NCBI GenBank assembly: GCA_038087875.1
Contig: CM075993.1
Coordinates: forward strand, 2,296,001 to 2,360,000
Direction: 5' to 3'
Length of the DNA stretch: 64,000 bases
DNA from: Malacoraja senta
Lineage: Eukaryota
The position numbers and the translations under genes were made by a program. Under the pieces are notes generated by a model. The model was not told the DNA's origin and searched no databases. It worked only from the letters and a program-made list of their open reading frames with translations. Below, piece by piece: positions 37,801-49,600 of the stretch. The first letter of the stretch is position 1; every line of letters begins with the position of its first letter.

Positions 37801-39334
37801 GATTCTTCCTCATATCATCACGCAGCACATAATGAGAGTCTGCACATTGAATTGTGTAGGAAGGAACTGCAGATGCTGGTTTACATTGAAAATAGTCCAC
37901 ACAAAATGCTGGTGTAACTCAGCGGGACAGGCAGCATCTCTGGAGAGAAGGGATTGGTGACGTTTCGGGTCGAGACCCTTCCACCTGCATAACGAATTGT
38001 CAAGTGTGTGGTACTTCTCGTCCTTTTTCCCATCTGCAGAAGTAAATTTGTCGTTCTTGACTTGAACTGATCCTGATACTTTAGCCCTAATGTGGAGTCT
38101 GAAGAAGGGGTTCGAAGAAAGCATTTTATCGGGATGCATCATGGCTTGGTTTGCGAACAGCTCCTTCCAAAACCGCAAGAAATTGCAGAGAATTGTAGAC
38201 GCAGCCCAGACCATCACACAAGCCAACCTCCCTTCCATTCATCAATGAATTATCCTTATACTGAGGCTTCAAGACCCTCTTTGAATCTTTAAGAAGGAAC
38301 TGCAGATGCTGGAAAAATCGAAGGTGGACAAAAATGCTGGAGAAACTCAGCGGGTAAGGCAGCATCTATGGAGCGAAGGAATAGGTGACATTTCGGGTTT
38401 CTCCAGCATTTTTGTCTACCTTCCTCTTTGAATCTTTTAGCTTTCAATTGGATTATTTAGCTAGTTTTAATACAACAGATGCGACATTTCAAAAGCACTA
38501 TTAATAAAGTGCTGCGGGACATCTTAAGTTGTGAAATAAATTTCTTTCCATGCAATCCGGACCGTCAGGTTGTGTTAACTAGCACCTTGTGCTACGCCTC
38601 TCGTTTACAATCACCACTTTATTGTGCAATATTCTTCAACTCATTGTCACTCTTAACTGCAAATCGCTTGCATTGTCTCAACTACAGGTCCAATGCAAAA
38701 TCAAAACACACCTGATTTAATCCATCGGTTCTGAGGAAGGATCTCCATCACCTTTCCATGTTCCCCATGGATGCTGCCTGAGTTACTCCAGCACTCTGCG
38801 TCCTTGTCTCGGAAGAAGGCATCTGCAGTTCCTTGTTTCTACTATTTGGTGAACACCCAGAAACTGATAGTTTTTTGGCTAATGTCTGAATTATTTTGTT
38901 TATCATCCAAATACTCAGCAGGTTGGGCAGCAACTGTAAAGTGAGGCAGAGACACAAAAATGCTGAACTTTAATGCAGTTTAATAGTTCTTTATTATCAC
39001 ATGTACTGACGCACAGTGAAAATAATTTTTAGCATGCAGTTTAGTAGAAGATTGCCATACCTAAGCACAATCCCCCGATTAGTTCAAAGTGTATAGAAAC
39101 AGTTCACTGAGACCGCATGCAAGAGTCACCAGGTTTTGGTGCCATTTCAAAGTTCAGATCGGGGCCCGATCCAGGCGAGTCCTAGGCTGCTGCAGTGCTT
39201 CCAGCCGTCGCCTCTGTCTGGATCGTCCAGCAAACCGTCATCCCTCTCCTCACCCATCCAACTTCAGCCTTTGTGTGCCCTGGGTGCGCCGCCCACAGCC
39301 GATCTTGAGGGCGTGGAAGGGAAAACCTTAGTTA

Positions 39335-39740
39335 GACAATAGACAATAGACAATAGGTGCAGGAGTAGGCCATTTGGCCCTTCGAGCCAGCACCGCCATT
39401 TAATGTGATCATGGCTGATCATCCCCAATCAGTACCCCGTTCCTGCCTTCTCCCCATATCCCCTATTTTTAAGAGCCCTATCTAGCTCTTTCTTGAAAGC
39501 ATCCAGAGAACCTGCCTCCACCGCCCTCTGAGGCAGAGAATTCCACAGACTCACCACTCTCGGTGAGAAAAAGTGTTTCCTTGTCTCAGTTCTAAATGAC
39601 TTACTCCTTATTCTTAAACTGTGGCCCCTGGTTCTGGACTCCCCCAACATCGGGAACATGTTTCCTGCCTCTAGCGTGTCCAAACCTTTAACAATCTTAT
39701 ATGTTTCAATGAGATCCCCTCTCATCTGTCTAAACTCCAG
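39335..39740 (-). mobile_element. Older CR1 3' fragment split by the full-length CR1 (continues 44367-44467)
   Basis: RGDLIETYKI...GYGEKAGTGY with (CTATTGT)n tail; joins ...CCAGAG|TGTACAAG... like the sister copy at 37277-37800. Confidence 0.88.
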
Positions 39741-40013
39741 AGGTCCGAAAGCCGTTGGAGAGGTCGCTGAGGGAGGAGCTACAACCGAGCGGTAGGACTT
39801 AAAAAGGAGCGCGGGGGCTTGTTCCTTACAGAGGTCCGAAAGCCGTTGGAGAGGTCGCTGAGGGAGGAGCTACTACCGAGCGGTAGGACTTAAAAAGGAA
39901 CCTAAATCGGCAACGTTCCACTTCAAAAACAAGTGGGTTTGAGGAAGCCGCTGATTGGTGGACGCAGATAAGAGAGAGCAGCTGATTGGGAGTCAGATCC
40001 CTGCTGATTGTAC

Positions 40014-40327
40014 TGTATTGTAGCAGTTTGTTTTGTATTGTAGCAGTTTGTTTTGTATTGTAGCAGTTTGTTTTGTATTGTAGCAGTTTGTTTTGTATTG
40101 TAGCAGTTTGTTTTGTATTGTAGCAGTTTGTTTTGTATTGTAGCAGTTTGTTTTGTATTGTAGCAGTTTGTTTTGTATTGTAGCAGTTTGTTTTGTATTG
40201 TAGCAGTTTGTTTTGTATTGTAGCAGTTTGTTTTGTATTGTAGCAGTTTGTTTTGTATTGTAGCAGTTTGTTTTGTATTGTAGCAGTTTGTTTTGTATTC
40301 TATCAGTTTGTTTTATATTCTATCCAG
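40014..40327 (+). repeat. 20-bp minisatellite TGTATTGTAGCAGTTTGTTT in CR1 5' UTR
   Basis: 14 perfect units (40014-40293) plus 2 degenerate ones. Confidence 0.95.
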
Positions 40328-40339
40328 GGTAAGGGGAGT

Positions 40340-41275
40340 ATGAGGGCCAGGGCAGTTTACTGTTCTGGATGTCAGATGTGGGAAGTCATGGAGTCTGTTA
40401 GCCCTCCAGACGTCCACATCTGCGCCAGGTGTATCGAGATGGGGCTCCTAAGGGACCGTGTTAGGAACCTGGAGCAGCAGCTCGATGACCTCCGTCTGGT
40501 CAGGGAGAGCGAGGAAGTCATTGAGAGGAGTTACAGGGATGTGGTCACTCCAACACCACAGGAGGCAGGCAAGTGGATCACGGTTGGGAGAGGCAAGGGG
40601 CACAGGCAGGGACTAGAGAGTACCCCGGTGGCTGTACACCTTGACAATAAGTACTCCTGTTTGAGCACTGTTGGGGTGGACAGCCTACCTGGGGGTAGCG
40701 ACAGCGGCCGGGCCTCCGGTATAGAGACCGGTCCTGTTGCTCAGAAGGGTAAGGAAAAGAAGAGGAGGGCAATATTAATAGGGGACTCTATAGTTAGGGG
40801 GTCAGACAGGCGATTCTGTGGACGCAGTCGGGAGACCCGGATGGTAGTTTGCCTCCCTGGTGCCAGGGTCTGTGATGTGTCCCAACGTGTCCAAGACATC
40901 CTGAAGGGGCAGGGAGAGGAGCCCGAGGTCGTGATACATATAGGTACCAATGACATAGGTAAAAAAAGAGAAGAGGTCCTGAAAGGAGAATTTAGGGAGT
41001 TAGGAGGGGAGTTAAAGAGAAGGACAGCAAAGGTAACAATCTCGGGATTACTGCCTGTACCACGCGACAGTGAGAGTAGGAATGGAGCGAGGTGGAGGAT
41101 AAATGCGTGGCTGAAGGACTGGTGCAGAAGGCAGGGATTCAAATTTCTGGATCATTGGGACTTCTTTTGTGGAAGGTTCGACCTGTACAAAAAGGATGGG
41201 TTGCACTTGAACCTGAGGGGGACCGATATCCTGGTGGGGAGATCTGCAAAGGCTACTGGGGAGACTTTAAACTAG
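40340..41275 (+). CDS. CR1 ORF1: Cys-pair zinc finger, coiled coil, SGNH esterase domain
   Basis: CSGC...CARC; RVRNLEQQLDDL; GDS, GTND and DGLH motifs; 311 aa open from ATG 40340. Confidence 0.88.
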   Translation: MRARAVYCSGCQMWEVMESVSPPDVHICARCIEMGLLRDRVRNLEQQLDDLRLVRESEEVIERSYRDVVTPTPQEAGKWITVGRGKGHRQGLESTPVAVHLDNKYSCLSTVGVDSLPGGSDSGRASGIETGPVAQKGKEKKRRAILIGDSIVRGSDRRFCGRSRETRMVVCLPGARVCDVSQRVQDILKGQGEEPEVVIHIGTNDIGKKREEVLKGEFRELGGELKRRTAKVTISGLLPVPRDSESRNGARWRINAWLKDWCRRQGFKFLDHWDFFCGRFDLYKKDGLHLNLRGTDILVGRSAKATGETLN

Positions 41276-41579
41276 AATGGTTGGGGGGAGGGACTCAAAT
41301 AGAGAATGCTATTAGACAGTGTGTGAGGCAGGAGGCAGAGAAGGAAAGCACTCAGACCCAACATGTAGGGGGGAAAGAAGAAAACAATAATAAACAGAGA
41401 ATAAGAGGTGGTGGGGTTCTTAAATGGGTGAGCAGAGAAACAGAGGGGTGTAAAATGCGGGCGGAAGCAATAGGTAGCAAGGTGAAAGGTAAAAGTGGCA
41501 GGCAGACAAATCCAGGACAAAAATCAAAAAGAGCCACTTTTCAACATAATTGTATAAGGGGTAAGAGCGTTGTAAAAAC

Positions 41580-44270
41580 AAGTCTGAAGGCTTTGTGTCT
41601 CAATGCAAGGAGCATTCGTAATAAGGTGGATGAGAGAAAGGAAAAGGAGGTGGGGTGGCGTTGCTGGTTAGAGAGGAGATTAACGCAGTGGAAAGGAAGG
41701 ACATTAGCTTGGAGGATGTGGAATCGGTATGGGTAGAGCTGCGAAACACTAAGGGGCAGAAAACGCTGGTGGGCGTTGTGTACAGGCCACCTAGCAGTAG
41801 TAGTGAAGTTGGGGATGGCATCAAACAGGAAATTAGAAATGCGTGCAACAAAGGCAAAACAGTTATAATGGGTGACTTCAATCTACATATAGATTGGGTG
41901 AATCAAATTGGCAGGGGTGCTGAGGAAGAGGATTTCTTGGAATGTATGAGGGATAGTTATCTAAACCAACATGTAGAGGAACCAACGAGAGAGCAGGCTA
42001 TTCTAGACTGGGTATTGAGTAATGAGGAAGGGTTAGTTAGCAGACTTGTTGTGCGTGCCCCCTTGGGCAAGAGTGATCATAATATGGTTGAGTTCTTCAT
42101 TAGGATGGAGAGTGACATTGTTAATTCAGAAACAACGGTTCTGAACTTAAAGAAAGGTAACTTTGAGGGTATGAGACATGAATTGGCCAAGATTGACTGG
42201 CAATTAGTTCTAAAAGGGTTGACGGTGGATATGCAATGGAAGGCATTTAAAGACTGCATGGATGAACTACAAAAATTGTTCATCCCAGTTTGGCAAAAGA
42301 ATAAATCAAGGAAGGTAGTGCATCCGTGGATAACAAGGGAAATCAGGGATAGTATCAAAGCAAAAGATGATGCGTACAAATTAGCCAGAAAAAGCAGCAT
42401 ACCAGAGGACTGGGAGAAATTCAGAGACCAGCAGAGGAGGACAAAGGGCTTAATTAGGAAAGGGAAAATAGATTAGGAAAGGAAACTGGCAGGGAACATA
42501 AAAACTGACTGCAAAAGTTTTTATAGATATGTGAAGAGAAAGAGATTAGTTAAATCAAATGTAGGTCCCTTGCAGTCAGAAACAGGTGAATTGATCATGG
42601 GGAACAAGGATATGGCAGACCAATTGAATAACTACTTTGGTTCCGTCTTCACTAAGGAAGACATAAATAATCTGCCGGAAATAGCAGGGGGCCGCGGGTC
42701 AAAGGAGATGGAGGAACTGAGTGAAATCCAGGTTAGTCGGGAAGTGGTGTTGGGTAAATTGAATGGATTAAAGGCCGATAAATCACCAGGGCCAGATAGG
42801 CTGCATCCCAGAGTACTTAAGGAAGTAGCTCCAGAAATAGTGGATGCATTAGTGATAATTTTTCAAAACTCTTTAGATTCTGGAGTAGTTCCTGAGGATT
42901 GGAGGGTAGCAAACGTAACCCCACTTTTTAAGAAGGGAGGGAGAGAGAAAACGGGGAATTACAGACCAGTTAGTCTAACATCGGTAGTGGGGAAACTGCT
43001 AGAGTCAGTTATTAAAGATGGGATAGCAGCACATTTGGAAAGTGGTGAAATCATTGGACAAAGTCAGCATGGATTTACGAAAGGTAAATCGTGTCTGACG
43101 AATCTTATAGAATTTTTCGAGGATGTAACTAGTAGAGTGGATAGGGGAGAACCAGTGGATGTGTTGTATCTGGACTTTCAGAAGGCTTTCGACAAGGTAC
43201 CACATAAGAGATTAGGATACAAACTTAAATCACACGGTATTGGGGGTTCAGTATTGATGTGGATAGAGAACTGGCTGGCAAACAGGAAGCAAAGAGTAGG
43301 AGTAAACGGGTCCTTTTCACAATGGCAGGCAGTGACTAGTGGGGTACCACAAGGCTCAGTGCTGGGACCCCAGCTATTTACAATTTATATTAATGATCTG
43401 GACGAGGGAATTGAAAGCAACATCTCCAAGTTTGCGGATGACACTAAGCTGGGGGGCAGTGTTAGCTGTGAGGAGGATGCTAGGAGACTGCAAGGTGACT
43501 TGGATAGGCTGGGTGAGTGGGCAAATGTTTGGCAGATGCAGTATAATGTGGATAAATGTGAGGTTATCCACTTTGGTAGCAAAAACGGGAAGGCAGACTA
43601 TTATCTAAATGGTGGCCGATTAGGAAATGGGGAGATGCAGCGAGACCTGGGTGTCATGGTACACCAGTCATTGAAAGTAGGCATGCAGGTGCAGCAGGCA
43701 GTGAAGAAAGCGAATGGTATGTTGGCCTTCATAGCAAGAGGATTTGAGTATAGGAGCAGTGAGGTTCTACTGCAGTTGTACAGGGTCTTGGTGAGACCAC
43801 ACCTGGAGTATTGCGTACAGTTTTGGTCTCCAAATCTGAGGAAGGACATTATAGCCATAGAGGGAGTGCAGAGAAGGTTCACCAGACTGATTCCTGGGAT
43901 GTCAGGACTTTCATATGAAGAAAGACTGGATAGACTTGGCTTATACTCGCTAGAATTTAGGAGATTGAGAGGGGATCTTATAGAAACGTACAAGATTCTT
44001 ATGGGGTTGGACAGGCTAGATGCAGGAAGATTGTTCCCGATGTTGGGGAAGTCCAGGACAAGGGGTCACAGCTTAAGGATAAGGGGAAAATCCTTTAAGA
44101 CCGAGATGAGGAAAAACTTTTTCACACAGAGAGTGGTGAATCTCTGGAACTCTCTGCCACAGAGGGTAGTTGAGGCCAGTTCATTGGCTATATTTAAGAG
44201 GGAATTAGATGTGGCCCTTGTGGCTAAAGGGATCAGGGGGTATGGAGAGAAGGCAGGTACGGGATACTGA
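41580..44270 (+). pseudogene. CR1 ORF2 (APE + RT), disrupted; start approximate
   Basis: LNARS then a frameshifting deletion near 41634; YRPP, GDFN, SDH; in-frame TAG at 42474-42476; RT motifs YLDFQKAFD, GVPQGSVLGP, FADD intact. Confidence 0.9.
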
Positions 44271-46063
44271 GTTGGATGATCAGCCATGATCGTATTGAAT
44301 GGCGGTGCAGGCTCGAAGGGCCGAATGGCCTACTCCTGCACCTAATTTCTATGTATCTATGTATCTATGTACAAGCCCAGCTGCTCCATTCTCTCAGCAT
44401 ATGATAGTCCCACCATCCCGGGAATTAACCTTGTAAACCTACGCTGCACTCCCTCAATAGCAAGAATCAATAGTTCTCTCTCTTACCAGCCCTTGTTCTT
44501 ATGTGCTCCACTGCCCGCTCCCTCCATCCTTCTCTTTGGTCCTCGAGGGATGAACAGGAGCCAGGCTCGGTGACTTCCCTCCAGGGGCTGACCAGCCCAT
44601 TGGATCTTCCCCCTGGCCGTGCAGCTTGTAGTCCAGGCAGCATCCCCGGAGACCATGGATGGTAACATCTTGGGTCGGGACCATCCTCCTCTAGAAGGGG
44701 AATCTATCCATGATCTCCAGAGATGTTGCCCGATCCAGTTACTCCAGCACCCTGTATCTTTGTTTTGTAAACGGGCATCTGCAGTTCCTTGCTTCTACTG
44801 ATTTAATCTACCATCTAGTGAACATCCAGAAACTGATAGTTCTGATAGTTTCAAATATCCAATTTAACTTGTCTATCATCCAAGTCACACAAACGCCATT
44901 TCATTCTCATTAGAACTCATTAGCCAGATCATGTCACATTGCAACAGATTCAACAGACAGTACAGGTTTTCTCACCAATATCACATAGCACTTGCCAGTT
45001 AATCTTGTTAAGATACAGTCAAACTGTTTGAGAGTTTTTATTTAATCTTTGCTGAGCTTATCTATACGATTTCAAAGCAGATTCCAAAGATCTTAACCAA
45101 AATAGCAAACTGCTGGAAGATCTCAGTGGGTCAGCAGCATCTGCAGAAGAGAATGTTTCATCACAAGAGTCTACATCAGAACTCCAAAATATCTTCAGCA
45201 TGCTTACAATTCTTGGCCACATCCTTTTCATTGACATTAATCAGAGTTATAAGACTGCCCTATTCTATAAATATTTCACAATTATTGAAGAATGCTTGTT
45301 TTTTTTAACGTTTTGCCCCTACTATTAGTTCAAATTAACACTTGCCCACACCATAATAGGCTAAAAGGGGATGATTGATACTTTGCTAGCGATTGCCAGG
45401 GCCTGAGCTACTGATAATCTCATGTTAATCTCCTCAATAAAGGATTTCAAATTTTGACCATGCATGGTGTTTTGATTACAAATCTTTTTTGTAGCTTGTA
45501 TTATTTTTGCTGCATTATACCAGTGTCATGGCCAAAAAAACCGTAAGTGACTGTTAATTTGTTTTATACATGTAATTTGTATTAAAGAGCCAGCAGCATT
45601 ATGCTGAGAAAGTGGCCAAAATATATACTGGAGAACTGGCATTTTAATGTGAACAACCCTTCTTTAATTGGGAAGTTTTGCATAAGTGTTGAATTGTACA
45701 TGCTGTAGTTCTTGAAAACTCAAATCCAATCAACTAGTCAAGTAAATAGACTTTTTATAGTTCAGTTCAGTTTAGTTGTCACGTGCACCGAGGTACAGTG
45801 AAAAGCTTTTGTTGCGTGCTAACCAGTCAGCGGAAAGACAATACATGATTACAATCGAGTCATTCACAGTGTATAGATACACGATGAGGGAATAACGTTT
45901 AGTGCAAGGTAAAGCCAGTAAAGTCTGATCAAATATAGTCAGAGGGTCTCCAATGAGATTGATAGAAGTTCGGGACTGCTCTCTAGTTGTGGTGGGGTGA
46001 TTCAGTTGCCTGCTATCAGCTGGGAAGAAACTGTCCCTTTTTGGCATATGAATTTACGCAAAG

Positions 46064-46638
46064 ATTTTAATTTTTTTTAAAAAATTTTTTTTTTTTAACA
46101 TTTTTGTTAGAAGTACAATACTGTGGTACCACAGTACCTAATACTTGTTGACATGTTACATTTCATATACAACTTCTTATTTTTAATTTAATAATAAAGC
46201 AAGAGTAAGGAAGAAAGGGAGAAAAGAAGAGATTGACATAGAGTGTTGCGTGAAATAGAAAGATAGCCCGAGAGAAGAAAGAAAGAAGGAGAAGTAGAAA
46301 GAAAAAAGAGAAAGAGACGAAATAGAGAAGAAAAAAAAAAGAGAAAAAAAAGGGAAAAAGGAGATTGAAAGTGATATATCTATTTAATGTGTTAAAGAAG
46401 GGTTTCGGCCCGAAACGTTGCCTGTTTCCTTCGCTCCATAGATGGTGCTGCACCTGCTGAGTTTCTCCAGCATTTTTGTGTACCTACTATCTATTTAATG
46501 TTCCTGGCCACCCGTCACCTGATTCTGAACCATTTTATTTCTGGTTGTGTTGCACCATATGCTTGTAAGAACTCGATAAAAGGAGACCAAATCAATAAGA
46601 ATTGGTCTACTTTACCTGCTAGAAGGAGTCGCATTTCT
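46064..46638 (-). mobile_element. L1/Tx1-like LINE 3' fragment with poly(A) tail
   Basis: QEMRLLLAGKVDQFLLIWSPFIEFL translation; poly(T) on + at ~46065-46105; 15-bp TSD at 46049-46063 and 46639-46653. Confidence 0.75.
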
Positions 46639-49600
46639 TGAATTTACGCAAAGTTGAGAGCAATAAATCCTCCTCCTCTTTCAACCCATTGTTTAACGTA
46701 ATGCAAATTATAAGACGACATCATGGTGTAAATATACAATCCATACATGAATGTAAAATGATTTAATTTTCGTATTTTTGTACAACCATAATAAATCTGG
46801 AGGATTGATGTTCTAAAAGGGAAAAAGTACTGTAGCATGAAATGAAAGATAGATAAAAATACTGGAGAAACTCAACGGGTGAGGCAGCATTTATGGAGGG
46901 AAGGAAAAGGTGACGCTTCGGGTCGAGACCCTTCTTCAGACTCGAAACGTCACCTTTTCCTTCGCTCCATAGATGCTGCCTCACCCGCTGAGCTGCGTTG
47001 AAACTTTGCATCCAAAATCTTAATGGTCAGTACAAAATTGTACAATGATCCAAGGCAGAACATGAATGCACCCTAATATATAGACAATAAACAAAATTGG
47101 AAAATACACAGTGCAGTACCCGTGGGGACAGGAACCGAGTCAGCATTTCAAGCCCATCTTTTAAAAAAAACTGCATAACCATTTGTGAACACAAAATTTC
47201 AGTTTCCCAGGATTTGCAAATTTTTGCTTTAAGATGAATGCACCTTAAATTGTTTGGGTGGTCCATTTGAAGTGAATTTTGCGTAAAGTCTATTGTTCAT
47301 GTCTGTGTTTTCTAATTGTGCATCTTGAATTTTTTACTGCTACAGAGCTGCGATTTTTGTTCTTCTATTTTTCAGAGCTTTCTTGGTATTGGTTTATTTT
47401 GATAATTAATTTGAAAACGCAAAGCTCCAGATTCAGAAACAGTTTCTTCCCATCTGTTATCAGGCAGTTGAACAATCCTCTCATTAGCTAGTGTGCAGTT
47501 CTGACCTCCCATCTACCTCAATGGAGACATTTGTACTATCTTTAATTGGACTTTAATCTTATACCTTTGCACTAAATATTTGTACCCTCAATCCTTTATC
47601 TGTGTACAAGGAAGGCACACAATGCTGGAGTAACTCAGCGGGACAGGCAGCATCTCTGGAGAGAAGGAATGGGTGACGTTTCTGGTCGAGACTCTTCTTC
47701 AGACTGATGTCTAAACTACGTGGTATATTATTGTCATGTGCACCAAACTACAGTGAAAAGCTTTTGTTTGAGTTCTATTGAATTAAATCAAATAATACAG
47801 TATCAGGTTCACCTATATCAGATCTGCTGCCATACTTTTAAGTTGATGTTTATTGTGCCTAATTTTAATATTATATGTAAAGTATCAATTCCCACTGAGG
47901 TGCTAAATAGATGCCCTTAGAAGTAATGAAAGGGCAAACCGAGATTAGGTGGTGCGTACGCAAGGATGATTATATAAAGTAAAGTAAATTTATTTATATA
48001 GCACTTTTCAATCAATTTCAATCAAAGAAGCCAAAGTGTTTTACAGAAAAAATTATCCATATAAATAATAAAAAGAGGTAGGAAAAAAAAGACACAACAC
48101 ACTATAAGAGATTCAACACGAACATCCCCCCACAGCAGAATCTACACTCTCCACTGTGAGGGAAGGCACCAAAATGTCCAGTCCTCCTCCTCCTAGTCCA
48201 CCCGAGGTCTGGGCCAGTTTGAGGTCTCCAAATCATCTCAGGTGTAGATAGGAGTAAAATTCTGAAAAGGAAAACAGAGAGAAAACAATAAATGATTTCC
48301 TAGTTCCTCCTGTGTCCATAGATGGAACATAACCTGTTTTGCTGTACTCCAGAAGGACTAGCATTGCTTCATTGTTTGAATTAATTAATTGAAAGATGCA
48401 GTATGGAAACAGGGCCTTCTGCCCACCGAGACCATACTGACCGTCAATCACCTGTGCACATTGCTTTATTATCCCTCCTCAGTCAGCTACACAAGCTCCC
48501 ATTAGGCAGTGGTCAGGTAGTCAAGATTCATAGGTCATGGATCAACTCTGGAATAATGGAAGATGATTAACTTCAGGTACTCTTACAAAACATTAGGACG
48601 CAGGTCATCAGGACCTGATGGTTTATTGATTTTTAGTCTCATTCTTTGCTCACTTGTTTTTACTTCCACTGTTTTGCTTCAATTGGTAAGGGTGGAGATA
48701 TACTGCAGGGCATGGGGTTTAAGGTGGGAGGAAACTTTAAAGGAGATGTGTAAGGTAAGAGTGGTTGGTTTCTGGGAGGGTGGTGCAGGCAGATAGGATA
48801 GCAATGCTTAAGAAGGATTTAGAAAGACAAATGAGAAGGCTGTGAATAGAGGATGAGGCACCATGCCCAGGCCGTTGGGATTGATATCATGGTCTGTGCA
48901 GACATGGTGTGCCAACATTTCTGATCCTGTGGTGTATTCAGATTCATAAGTGGTAGTGATGCTGCCTTACAGCGCCACGGGGACGTGGACTTACCTTCGG
49001 AGCCGATACTTGCCTGGGATCGACGCTCCAACCGCGGCCTGCGGATTTCACCATCAAGGAGATGGCAGTCTCAGGGAGAGACCGATGTCAGGAAGCTCCA
49101 AACGAAGCAGAAAGTTTCGAACAGCCCCGACTCAGGGTCAGATCACCCTGCGCGGGGGAGCTGAGATTCCCCCCCCCGATGTAACTTGAACGCCCCGACG
49201 CGTGAGCCCAAACGCCGCCGGCTACGAGAGCCAAGATCGCCCCGTCAACTGAAGGCTCGAGGCCCCCAACCACGGGAGAACAAAGAAGGGAAGAGATTGA
49301 ACTTTTTTTTCGCCTTCCATCACAGTGAGGAATATGGATGAGTCACTGTGGTGAATGTTTATGTTAAAATGTATTTTGTGTGTTGTTTCTATTTATCGGT
49401 ATGATGACTGTATGGCAAATGAAATTCCTCGTACGTTGCAAAACATACTTGGCTATTAAAGTATGATTGTGATTATGATGAAAGTGAACATTGTTTGTCA
49501 AGCTTACTTTTGGAGGACTTCCTGAATCACAGTCAATGCTGAAGAATGAATAAGTGCTGTTAGCAATGAATCCATCAAAAGTTGTTTTATTTACAGCATA

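Larger units (their letters stand above)
39741..44366 (+). mobile_element. Near full-length CR1-clade LINE
   Basis: 5' UTR repeats, ORF1, APE endonuclease plus RT, 3' UTR and (CTATGTAT)n tail. Confidence 0.95.

Noticed and set aside
39741..39900. Hammerhead in the CR1 5' monomer
   Set aside because: CTGAGGG does not fit CUGANGA and stems II/III cannot be formed.
40014..40327. Regular repeats here and at 9741-10032 as CRISPR-like arrays
   Set aside because: Head-to-tail units with no unique spacers, inside eukaryotic retroelements.
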